The position numbers and the translations under genes are program-made. From a virus: 64,000 nt of DNA. Each line of letters begins with the position of its first letter. The stretch's first letter is position 1. The notes under the pieces are model-generated. The model was given only the letters and a program-made list of their open reading frames with translations, had not been told where the DNA came from and searched no databases. The stretch spans positions 30,860 through 94,859 of the IMG/VR virus record IMGVR_UViG_3300042691_038490; one strand, given 5' to 3'. This document shows positions 18,381-27,201 of the stretch, piece after piece.

Positions 18381-18584
18381 ATGAAAAGCAAAACTGAGAT
18401 GGATCAAGTATTCAAAAACTCAAAGTTATATCAAGAATTCCTCAAAGAGCGTGAGGAAATATTAAAACACAAATGGCTTGAAAGCGAGAAAGCTGGTAAG
18501 GATGTAGGATTCGAATGGGCACTTCTTGATTGGAACTTTCATCACCGCACAGGTTGGAAAAGCGAACACAGTAATTTCTTCTAA
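18381..18584 (+). CDS. DUF4032-like small protein
   Basis: LYQEFLKEREEILKHKWLESEKAGKDVGFEWALLDW. Confidence 0.75.
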   Translation: MKSKTEMDQVFKNSKLYQEFLKEREEILKHKWLESEKAGKDVGFEWALLDWNFHHRTGWKSEHSNFF

Positions 18585-18593
18585 AAAATTTTA

Positions 18594-18721
18594 GCTCTTC
18601 CGCTCTCTCTATTCTAGAACTAGAGAAAATATAATACCCACCTTTACCTGCCTCAGACTCTGGGCATTGGGGCTTCAAGGGCTCTTAATGGGAGAGTCAC
18701 TCCACACCTTGCGGAAAGAAC
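18594..18721 (-). ncRNA. Candidate ~128-nt structured small RNA
   Basis: TTGCAC-N16-TAAGAT promoter points into it; 5' GTTCTTTCCGC pairs with 3' GCGGAAGAGC; internal GACTCT/AGAGTC stem. Confidence 0.45.
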
Positions 18722-18757
18722 TATAGTTATCTTACCATACTTTTGTTTTAGTGCAAT

Positions 18758-18786
18758 AAAAAAGGCGAGATTTTTTAGGTCTCGCC
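18758..18786 (-). terminator. Intrinsic terminator
   Basis: GGCGAGA/TCTCGCC stem followed by T6 on the minus strand. Confidence 0.75.
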
Positions 18787-18811
18787 CTTTCTATAAATAA
18801 TCTCTCTGTTT

Positions 18812-19072
18812 TTAGACTGGCGAGAGACCTCCAGCAATCCGATCATAACGGAACTGACGATGTCCGAATCCGTCACGACCAGAGAAGCACCAAGAGATGA
18901 AAAGCTTTTTTCCAGCCTTGGAAATATAATGAGTGGTAGGAACGCCAACGATGTAAGTATAAGTCTCGGTTCCATTGTAAGGCTTATAGTTGATGATATA
19001 CCGCTGTCCTAGCACGAACCAGAACAGACCCTTAATCATCTCCCACAGGGTGATGTTGTTTTGTTTCTTCAT
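18812..19072 (-). CDS. Small WYL/SH3-like protein
   Basis: INYKPYNG...SWC..RDG..RQFRYDRI. Confidence 0.5.
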   Translation of the reverse strand: MKKQNNITLWEMIKGLFWFVLGQRYIINYKPYNGTETYTYIVGVPTTHYISKAGKKLFISWCFSGRDGFGHRQFRYDRIAGGLSPV

Positions 19073-19112
19073 TTAATAATCATACCATAACTTCATTTTT
19101 CTGCAAGAAAAG

Positions 19113-19185
19113 AATCTCGTTGATAGTCAATGACTTACGCGGCGAAAGTCCCCGCCGCTGTAACTACTTAATACTCAACAACTTA
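19113..19185. repeat. 73-bp element, copy 8
   Basis: AATCTCGTTGA-TAG-TCAATGACTTA + 23 bp + TAACTACTTAA-TAC-TCAACAACTTA. Confidence 0.9.
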
Positions 19186-19585
19186 TAAAAATTAAATTAT
19201 TCTTCTGATTCTTTCCAATTAGGATGCGCTTTAGCCCATTTAACAAAAACAACTTCGAGCTCTGCTAAGTACTTATCTATTTGAGATATGAGTTTAGGAT
19301 CTTCATCCTTGAGGATTCTTTTTTCTAGTATTTTACTGATCCTATTTTCACTTTTCATATATAGTATTTTACAGTGCAGTGAGAAATAATTCAATTATTA
19401 TTTTTGGGATAAGTGATTTTAGGAAAAAATTATTTTAAATGTGTAATTATAATTTTCGCTAACTCGATTATTGCTCCCCACGAAATACTTCCCACCATCA
19501 TTAAAATAAAAATCCAAATAAAATTCTTTTCGTACCATCTCACATAAAATGTTTACATAAGAAAAAATCTTTTGGGAAAAATTCT

Positions 19586-19659
19586 CGCTTTCAGCAGGGA
19601 TCGAACCTGCAACCTACGGATTAGAAATCCGTTGCTCTATCCAATTGAGCTATGAAAGC
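19586..19659 (-). tRNA. trnR: tRNA-Arg(TCT)
   Basis: GCTTTCA acceptor; ACGGA-TTTCTAA-TCCGT. Confidence 0.92.
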
Positions 19660-19665
19660 GATATG

Positions 19666-19738
19666 TCGCCTAGGTCGGACTCGAACCGACACTCGAACGA
19701 TTTTAAGTCGTTTGTCTCTGCCATTGGACTACTAGGCG
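19666..19738 (-). tRNA. trnL: tRNA-Leu(TAA), short variable loop
   Basis: AACGA-CTTAAAA-TCGTT; 5-nt variable loop. Confidence 0.88.
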
Positions 19739-19744
19739 GATCTT

Positions 19745-20140
19745 TTAGCTGTCAGTATCTAACTTTTCAGCCGAAACTTGTCCGAGAGAATAAGTAGGCT
19801 CAATCTGTGCTGTGCGAACAAAATTCTCAACAGGAATCTTGCTGATAGTATTCTTAACTCGATTCATAACAACCTGCTTCATTCCACCTTTTAGTCCAGT
19901 AAACTTTTTACCAAACTTATCTGTCATACCATTCATAACATACTTAAACATCACACGCTCTAACTTCTCAAGGGTAATCCAGAAATAAGCAAAGTCATCT
20001 GCCATCCATTGAAGTTCACCATTAGTGCCGCCCCAATTATAGACGCGATTATGAAATTGCTCGATGCGGTCTTTAGAACCTTTAATTCCAATAACCCAAT
20101 TTGCTCCGAGGTTTTGTTTGAATAATTTGATTTGTCTCAT
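19745..20140 (-). CDS. Hypothetical early protein, family A copy 3
   Basis: IEQFHNRVYNWGGTNGEL. Confidence 0.8.
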   Translation of the reverse strand: MRQIKLFKQNLGANWVIGIKGSKDRIEQFHNRVYNWGGTNGELQWMADDFAYFWITLEKLERVMFKYVMNGMTDKFGKKFTGLKGGMKQVVMNRVKNTISKIPVENFVRTAQIEPTYSLGQVSAEKLDTDS

Positions 20141-20196
20141 AGTTTTTTTAGTTTAACAGGGTTTGATTTTTTGTCAAGGGTTTTGTTGAAATTTTT

Positions 20197-20268
20197 TGGA
20201 CCGCGTAGGACTCGAACCTACAACCAATTGGTTAAAAGCCAACTGCTCTACCATTGAGCTAGCAGTCC
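20197..20268 (-). tRNA. trnK: tRNA-Lys(TTT)
   Basis: GTTGG-CTTTTAA-CCAAT. Confidence 0.92.
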
Positions 20269-20276
20269 GAAAATCT

Positions 20277-20349
20277 TGGGCATACTAGGATTCGAACCTA
20301 GGACCAAGGCATTATGAGTGCCCTGCTCTAACCGCTGAGCTATACGCCC
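20277..20349 (-). tRNA. tRNA-CAT, probably Ile2 (lysidine type)
   Basis: GGGCA-CTCATAA-TGCCT; body resembles ileX-type tRNAs. Confidence 0.8.
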
Positions 20350-20646
20350 AATACTTTAACCAGAGCAAATCTCCGTAGGAAATTCGCTAGGTTCGGGAAC
20401 TAGCTTAAAGGCAACATTAAAAGCCTTGCTGATCCTATAAAGATCCTGCAAGGAATAAGTGTTCTGCCTTGCTGCTTCTCTGATTCTGCTGTCCATAATA
20501 TAAGCCCTACGCTCACCAAAGATAACTCTGGTGTAGTAAGGTGTCCATTGAGGTGTTTTGTTTGTCATAGGTTTAATATACAATAGTTTGATAAATAGTC
20601 AATAAAAATAATTGGTTAAACATCAAGAGTTTACATATAATAAGAT

Positions 20647-20740
20647 TGGTACGAGGGGCAGGATTCGAACCTGCATTTTGCCCAAATCTAGAGCGACCAC
20701 ATTATAAGTGTGGGGTCTTAACCAGTTAGACGACCCTCGC
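20647..20740 (-). tRNA. trnI: tRNA-Ile(TAT) with long variable arm and encoded CCA
   Basis: CCACA-CTTATAA-TGTGG; ~22-nt variable region; ends ACCA. Confidence 0.85.
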
Positions 20741-20939
20741 ATCAGCTCCGTAGCTAGTATCGGCCTCCGCTTTTAGGCTTTTCTATCCGAGCCAATCTTT
20801 TTAATCACGACCTTCGTGCCGTCTGGCCATGCACGGATAACCTTTTTCCAAAAGTCAGCCTCTGCTTCAGCTTCTTTTAGATCGGTGTGCATATCCTCGC
20901 TAACACGAATCCCATCACGCAAAACGATATATCTTACAT

Positions 20940-21170
20940 TCATTCTTCTACCTCCGCAACGATTTCGTTGTCAAATAATGAGCCACCATCAACCTTGTCG
21001 CAAATAACGATGTCATTACTGCCATCATCACCAGCATACACGGCACGAAGTTTCCTTACTTGACTATATTCTTTTTTAGTCCATTGACTCTCTGGAACGC
21101 CAAGGACTTGCAGAGCCTCGACTCTCTCTGGAGGGATCGCCTCACCACTTACTGCACAATGATAGGTCAT
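20940..21170 (-). CDS. TraR/DksA-like protein (degenerate zinc finger)
   Basis: YHCAVSGEAIPPERVEAL. Confidence 0.6.
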   Translation of the reverse strand: MTYHCAVSGEAIPPERVEALQVLGVPESQWTKKEYSQVRKLRAVYAGDDGSNDIVICDKVDGGSLFDNEIVAEVEE

Positions 21171-21201
21171 AGTTGTGATTGTAATATGTTTTTATATTCT
21201 G

Positions 21202-21561
21202 TCAAGCAATTTTGCGGGGACGGCCTCGACCACGCTTTTCACCACTAGGCAGAATAGATGTTGCATTGTAGTTTGTTAGTTTCTCCTGCAAATAATCAAA
21301 ACGCTTGTTAGCATCCTCGATTGAATTGCAAGTGAAAGCCCAATCACCCCATTGACTATCGCTAGGATACATTTCTGCTGGGGGCATCTTTACCCCTGCG
21401 ATCTCATATCCATTGTGCTTTTTGATAGCAATAACTTCATAATGATAGTTTTCACTTTCGGGGTCATCTAATTGCTTTTTGTAAATAGCGATGTCACCAT
21501 CACGCTTTACCTGCTGAAGTTTGAATCCCTTGCTAGTAAAAGATTCTTCAAGAATTTTCAA
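21202..21561 (-). CDS. Hypothetical protein with C-terminal AT-hook
   Basis: EMYPSDSQWG; KRGRGRPRK. Confidence 0.65.
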   Translation of the reverse strand: MKILEESFTSKGFKLQQVKRDGDIAIYKKQLDDPESENYHYEVIAIKKHNGYEIAGVKMPPAEMYPSDSQWGDWAFTCNSIEDANKRFDYLQEKLTNYNATSILPSGEKRGRGRPRKIA

Positions 21562-21728
21562 TCTTCACTCCTTCTGGAAGCCAGCCTTTAGGGTCAAGGT
21601 TTTCACCCATATAGCCGACTTGAGTTTCTTGTTTAGTTTTAGGGTCAATAGAAAAGAGAGCATAGCCACCTTCAGCCAGCTTCTTTACTTTAGTGATGTT
21701 CATATGATAATTATAGTATGCTTTTAGA

Positions 21729-22070
21729 TTAATTCAAGACAAAAATATCACGACCAATAACACCTGCCCACTTTGCTTTATATACAGGCTTTTTAGTATC
21801 AGAATAAACAAAGCTCTTATACTTATAAGGATTGTAAGTCACCTTGCGTTCTAGTTGATCAATAGGCCATCCTTCATCCCTATGCCCACAAACAAATGCG
21901 TGAACATTCTTACGCTTCTCTCTAAGAACCCTGGAGCGACCTGCTTGACTCACTCGAAATTCTACATCTTTCAAAAAGAACTCTGAACTATGCTCTAATA
22001 CTTTTCCTTTGAGCATAATGCTTAAACAATGTTTATGTAAATTGTAATAGACTTTGTGTTTTGCTTTCAC
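21729..22070 (-). CDS. Conserved phage hypothetical protein
   Basis: VYYNLHK..FRVSQAGR.RVLREKRKNVHAF..YNPY. Confidence 0.75.
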   Translation of the reverse strand: MKAKHKVYYNLHKHCLSIMLKGKVLEHSSEFFLKDVEFRVSQAGRSRVLREKRKNVHAFVCGHRDEGWPIDQLERKVTYNPYKYKSFVYSDTKKPVYKAKWAGVIGRDIFVLN

Positions 22071-22111
22071 TCCCTTAACTATAAGATAAATTCTAAAAAT
22101 GTCAAGAGATA

Positions 22112-22184
22112 TAAGTGCTTGATAATCAAAGAGTTACGCAAGCCGAGCCCCCGCATGCGTAAATCCTTGGTAGTCAATGACTTA
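22112..22184. repeat. 73-bp element, copy 9
   Basis: TAAGTGCTTGA-TAA-TCAAAGAGTTA + 23 bp + TAAATCCTTGG-TAG-TCAATGACTTA. Confidence 0.92.
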
Positions 22185-22203
22185 TAATCCATCAAATCTA
22201 AGC

Positions 22204-22233
22204 AAAAAAATGCGAGGGGGTTTGCCCCTCGCA
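22204..22233 (-). terminator. Intrinsic terminator of the DUF932 gene
   Basis: TGCGAGGGG/CCCCTCGCA stem then T7 on the minus strand. Confidence 0.85.
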
Positions 22234-22255
22234 CTTGTTAAGGTTTCGTTTTAGT

Positions 22256-23113
22256 TTAGGCGACCAGTTTCAAGAGGTCTTCGTCACGAGTTTTGCCCGA
22301 GAAGACTTTGAGTAGGTCACGGTTGACTCGCTCGCTGTACTCGTAGCGCTCTTGCGAGACATTGCGAGTAAGGAATTGCGTTGCCGCATTGTAGAGGTTG
22401 TACAGATTGCGATCCGTATCCTCCTCGTACTGCGGATTGCGCCAAACAGCCTCGATCCCTTCGCGCACCTTGCCAGAGATAACGTCTTTCTCTTCCAGCT
22501 TGGTGAGCAGGTTCAAGCCCTGTTCGTCAGTGAGCGCCCGTTGCGCCAGTTTGTTGAAAACTTGCGCTTGAGACTCAACGCTATCACACGCACGAGCCAA
22601 CGCATCACCAACAAAGTCCAGATTGACCGCAAGCGTGTGGCGCTTAGTCATGCTGAACTCCTTGGAGAGCGAGGTCATGCCGTTGGTGCAAACGAGACGC
22701 AGGAAGCCTAGGGACAACGAAACACGGCAGGAGCGGTCATAACTATTGTTAACGACCAGTCGCAAGCCGAGAATGTCACCCTTGGCGCGCTTGCCCATGG
22801 GCTTCAACTCCGTTTTGAAATCGGGGAAGTCATAGGAAGCGTAGAAGCGAGAACCGTCACGCACAACAAACTTCTTCGAATTGTAATTCGAGAGCTTGCC
22901 ATGAGTGGCGAGGTTGCTTTCCACCATCTCGATGAGGTCTGCATTCTTCACCACACCATACTGCTCGGTGCAAACTCCGAGCGTAATGGGTTCGGCGGTG
23001 TCACGGCGCACCATGCCGAAGTATCCTGTCCTCTTGCCGTCAGTTGTGAGGAGTGGCTCTTGATGTACATCAAAATCGTATACATCTTGAGCGGGTTTGG
23101 TTGTTCTAGCCAT
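22256..23113 (-). CDS. DUF932-family protein
   Basis: NNSYDRS, RLVCTNGM, RH, NLYNLYNAATQ. Confidence 0.85.
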   Translation of the reverse strand: MARTTKPAQDVYDFDVHQEPLLTTDGKRTGYFGMVRRDTAEPITLGVCTEQYGVVKNADLIEMVESNLATHGKLSNYNSKKFVVRDGSRFYASYDFPDFKTELKPMGKRAKGDILGLRLVVNNSYDRSCRVSLSLGFLRLVCTNGMTSLSKEFSMTKRHTLAVNLDFVGDALARACDSVESQAQVFNKLAQRALTDEQGLNLLTKLEEKDVISGKVREGIEAVWRNPQYEEDTDRNLYNLYNAATQFLTRNVSQERYEYSERVNRDLLKVFSGKTRDEDLLKLVA

Positions 23114-23212
23114 AGATTAATAGTACCACACTTTTATAATCTGACAAGATTTTTTTTCATGTCAGAAGATAATGGCCTTAAAGGTTTTACGTAATGTGAA
23201 TAACTTTTTTTA

Positions 23213-23285
23213 AAAGGTGTTGAATATCAACGACTTACGCGCGCGGGGGGCGCGCCCCTATAACTCCTTAATAATAAGCAACTTA
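23213..23285. repeat. 73-bp element, copy 10
   Basis: AAAGGTGTTGA-ATA-TCAACGACTTA + 23 bp + TAACTCCTTAA-TAA-TAAGCAACTTA. Confidence 0.88.
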
Positions 23286-23286
23286 C

Positions 23287-23742
23287 TTAAACCACACTAA
23301 ATTTAATATTATTCTTTCTGTACTCTCTTACTTTCCTCATAGCATATAAAGAGGCATCTACTTCACTTAATTTAGCTCTAGTTCCCATGTTATATTTTCT
23401 TATTTTCTTAACTCCATGATAAAATTTCCTTTTCTTGTATTGCCAAATATGTCTTACTTCATGGGCAATTAATTCAATTAATGATTCTTCCCAGCTATAA
23501 GTTTTAACAGGTAAATATCCCCTCATACCACCGCTAATATATGGCTTAATATACTTTGAATAAGCTGGAACAGCAATATGCGCCCTCATGCTTCCACTCC
23601 AAGCCCTACCATGCCAACCTAATTTAGTATTACCAAAATCTATTTTTCGGATATCTTTAAGGTGCAACCCTTGGGGCAAGCACCATTTAACCATCTCTTT
23701 TAATTTATCTGAACATAATTTAGTAGTGTTGATGAGCTTCAT
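23287..23742 (-). CDS. Putative zinc metallopeptidase
   Basis: LIAHEVRHIWQ...EVDA. Confidence 0.7.
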   Translation of the reverse strand: MKLINTTKLCSDKLKEMVKWCLPQGLHLKDIRKIDFGNTKLGWHGRAWSGSMRAHIAVPAYSKYIKPYISGGMRGYLPVKTYSWEESLIELIAHEVRHIWQYKKRKFYHGVKKIRKYNMGTRAKLSEVDASLYAMRKVREYRKNNIKFSVV

Positions 23743-23957
23743 ACTCTCAACTATAATCTAAATTAATCTAAAGTCAATTAATATCTGGCGGTAATTACAG
23801 GATGTCCTTCGTCTAAAACATCACAGGATTCATCAGTAAATAATAAAGTGGCTCTACGATATTCGTTATCAGTATCTATAATAGTAATATCACTATTTAA
23901 TTGGCTCTCATTCATATTCTTAAGTTTATTTAAGAGGTCTCTATAAGTATTTGTCAT

Positions 23958-25790
23958 TTAATTAAATATCCTATATTGTTTAGCGGCCTTAATTAATTTT
24001 TTTCTAATACTCTCATTATTAACATTAACTGTTCCGCCCCATTCTATTTTCTTTATTTCTCTGCCACATATTTCATTATTTCCATCAAAGGATTCAACAA
24101 CATAGTATTTATTATCACCTATTTGGAAATCATAGGATATTTTAACATTTCTAGATATTAAATTAACATCAGCTTTAGAAGATGCGGGATGTGTTAGGCT
24201 CATATATTTACTATATATTAAATTCTTATTTAGTCAATTTATTTTTCTTCTTTTTCTTATCAGACTTAAGCCACTCTTTAGACCATTGAATAAAGATCTT
24301 ATAGTTATTCTTTTTACCTTTTTGATGTCCAAAGCGAAAGCTCATATTATTTCCAGTCTAAAACAAAATGATTTTTAAGATTTTCCGCTAGTTCTTTTGC
24401 TTTTTGTTCATTTTCTGCTTCTACTTGAAGATATGCAGAACACATTTTTTCTACTTTAACAAAATACATCTTTTTATGTAAGAACCTTTCAATCTCATCT
24501 GATGGTGCAATTCCGCTAAAATTCATTTTGCTTCTTGTATATTATTTACTTTGTTTTCTATTTGCTCTAGCAGAGCAGGATCTAGAATTGTAAAGCCTTC
24601 CTGTGTTTGCAGGTAAGCATCAATAATAGTATAGTCCTCATCAATGTGTTCTTTATATACTATATTATCATTATATCCTTCTGCTTCAATAACATAAGTA
24701 TCTACTGTTATTGTCTGGGACTTTTTGCTAATTATTTTAATATCACTCATAATTAAAGTTTAACCCAAGTTGCGCCAATTCCTTTGAGGAAACTCCTTAC
24801 GCTCTTGTAAGTTGTCCAATAGCTAGACTCATCACAAGGAGGATTGATTCTACGAGCTTTCCAAACCTTCTTGCGGTGATAGGATTTAATCCTGTCGCCA
24901 AAGAGGTATGGGTTGTAATTCGTGACTGCCATAACTTCATAATGTGGGTTCATTCTATGAATATACCCTAGATTAATTTATTGTCAATAGTGATTCAAAT
25001 AAATATAAATAGCCGCAAAAGCTATAATAAGAAAAGATAATATTGTATCGCCAGTAATCATTTCTTTGTTTCTCCAAAATAGATATAATGATATTTACCA
25101 GTATAATCTTTATGTATAGAGTATAGTCTACCTTGTCTGACTTCGTGCTGGGGACAGCATCTAGTATGAATATCCTCTGCTCTTGCAAGTGGAGCAATAA
25201 CCCCATACATCACAAGCATAAGAGCCCAAAACAATAAGAACTTAACTATCATTTCGCTCATATAATTTGTATATTAGACTATCATAGCAAATAATATCTT
25301 TGAATCTTAGAATCTCTAGACTAAAGCTCACGCCTCGTCCTCATCATCAGATTCAATATTAATAATATCAAAGTGATAATCAACTTCATCGAAGTTAGCA
25401 TCGCAATCTTCTGCTCGCTCTAGTGCAAGCTCCTCTGCTTCTGCTAGAGTCTCTGCCTCGACTTCGATCTCAGCTTCGGCGATTTGATTTCTTTGAATTG
25501 TGATTGTGTATTTTTTTAAGGTGTCGCTCATAATCTAAATATACTGGAAATTCTTTTGATGTCAAGTCCTTGTGATCTGTTCCAGGATAACGACTTACCA
25601 ATTCTGCTTTAAAAAAGTCTGCTTCGAATCCTGTCACATCTTTGATAGCTTGAGCGCCTCTGCAATTTAGATTACCAAAACCTATATCAGCTTTGTATTT
25701 ACTTAAGTCTACTATAATACTATTTGGCAAAGTGCCATTAATAATGCCGTTGGGTTGTTTGTATTTGATATCGTATAATCTGTATTTCAT
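23958..25790 (-). CDS. Cluster of small hypothetical ORFs (e.g. 23958-24203, 24523-24750, 24753-24953, 25058-25261, 25328-25531, 25470-25790)
   Basis: Short co-oriented ORFs, several with their own TTGAC..TATA promoters; 25328-25531 has EVEAET.AEA (DpnD/PcfM-like). Confidence 0.55.
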
Positions 25791-25798
25791 ATTTAATG

Positions 25799-25870
25799 AG
25801 CCAGAAATCGGATTCGAACCGATGACCTACGGTTTACAAAACCGTTGCACTACCGCTGTGCTATTCTGGC
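25799..25870 (-). tRNA. trnT: tRNA-Thr(TGT)
   Basis: ACGGT-TTTGTAA-ACCGT. Confidence 0.92.
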
Positions 25871-26212
25871 AACTTGCCCTGTATTTAATATTATTAAAGG
25901 ATTATTTCTTTTTGTCAAGAATATTCTCTTCATTTACCCATTGAGCATAAACTAAATCAACATAAATATAATATCTAATAGAATAATCCCAATTGTATTT
26001 TGCTTCTCTTATATCTGTTATTTCACCGGTAGCTTGTTCATTTTTATACTTACAAAAGAATAATACTTTATCGCCTATTTTATATTTTGGTTTGTTCATA
26101 GACCAATTAGATATTTAGCAATAGCAAATATTATGATACCAATAATTAAAGTATAAACGTATTCCATACCATCTTTCACACCTAAAATTACACTAAAATA
26201 AAAAGAAAAATA

Positions 26213-26555
26213 TGGTTTCGGCGACACCAAAAAACGCTCACAGGATATATGGTTACAGCAGGGTTCCGCTTTGCTATAACGTCCAATCTGTGATCTTCTG
26301 CGGAAAGCTTTCCACTAGCATTTCAGCACCCTAATGTGCATCTCGTCTAGTGATTCGGTTAGTACAACCATTTTCTATTGAGGGATCATCCACGGCTCGC
26401 CAAATACGAGGCGATATTTATTCCTTGGTTTGGGTTGGATAACCCTTAATTAACCCCCATTGATATCAAAGAACTGCGGGGGACGAAGGTCCAATAGGAG
26501 ATCAACCCTACCATAACCTTCATTACATCCTCTCGCACCCGAGAGTTTGCCCCGC
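26213..26555 (-). ncRNA. Candidate ~340-nt structured ncRNA with GEMM/c-di-GMP-I-like 5' domain
   Basis: No ORF of 60 aa or more, GC-rich, multiple stems, TTGACG-N17-TAATAT promoter, terminal hairpin plus U-tract. Confidence 0.55.
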
Positions 26556-26847
26556 ATAATTATATATTAATTGTTTTTTTATTTTTCGTCAAGTTTTTTT
26601 TCTACATCACCCACTCCCAATAGATCGCCAAGCAAAGCCCCGAAAAAATTAAAACAATCTCCATATGATAAATTTTTCTCCATTTCTTTTTTGCTCATAC
26701 AAGTATTATACATCAAATACAATATTTTGTAGAACAGTTTTTTTTAAAACAGCGGAAGTTTTTCGATACTTCCAAACGATTCACTTATTACGGAAGTGAC
26801 CACCGATGACCTCACCATCACCTCACACAACAAATCTAAATGAGAGT

Positions 26848-27201
26848 CTATGCTGGATTTAATTCCACATCAAGTTTCTTTGTTTTGCCCATCCAACTTT
26901 CTGGCATAATATTCTTAAACCAGTCTTGCATAGAGGGGATTCGTCCCAAATCTTCCATCACGTGTTGTTCGCCAATCCAGCGAGTAGGAATAAGTTTGCC
27001 GTTAGTGGATAGTCTGATCGTGTGACCAAATATCCTCTCACACATAAATATTCCCTCTGCGTGATGTCGCAAAGCTCTGTGGCGAAAATCTGCCATCATC
27101 ATTTTGCTCTCATCAAACCAATCGTGAATAGCTTGATAATCTGATGGAACTCCACCCCACTTCTTGACCGAGGACAACGAGTGATGATAAGGATTAGCCA
27201 T
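26848..27201 (-). CDS. DUF6915-like protein
   Basis: MANPYHHSLSSVKKWGG..IHDWFDESK..HRALRHH..GEQHV.ED. Confidence 0.75.
   Translation of the reverse strand: MANPYHHSLSSVKKWGGVPSDYQAIHDWFDESKMMMADFRHRALRHHAEGIFMCERIFGHTIRLSTNGKLIPTRWIGEQHVMEDLGRIPSMQDWFKNIMPESWMGKTKKLDVELNPA

Noticed and set aside
22352-23194. Plus-strand ORFs antisense to DUF932, and similar antisense ORFs throughout the track
   Set aside because: Shadow frames of well-supported genes on the opposite strand
13778-23285. 73-bp elements as CRISPR repeats or integron attC sites
   Set aside because: The boxes are degenerate, occur in pairs and are separated by whole genes; there are no consistent RYYYAAC/GTTRRRY ends, genes lie on both strands, and no cas or intI gene was seen
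26213-26555. tmRNA or RNase P RNA
   Set aside because: No tRNA-like T-arm/acceptor pairing or tag ORF; the RNase P GAGGAAAGTCC and 3' signature were not found
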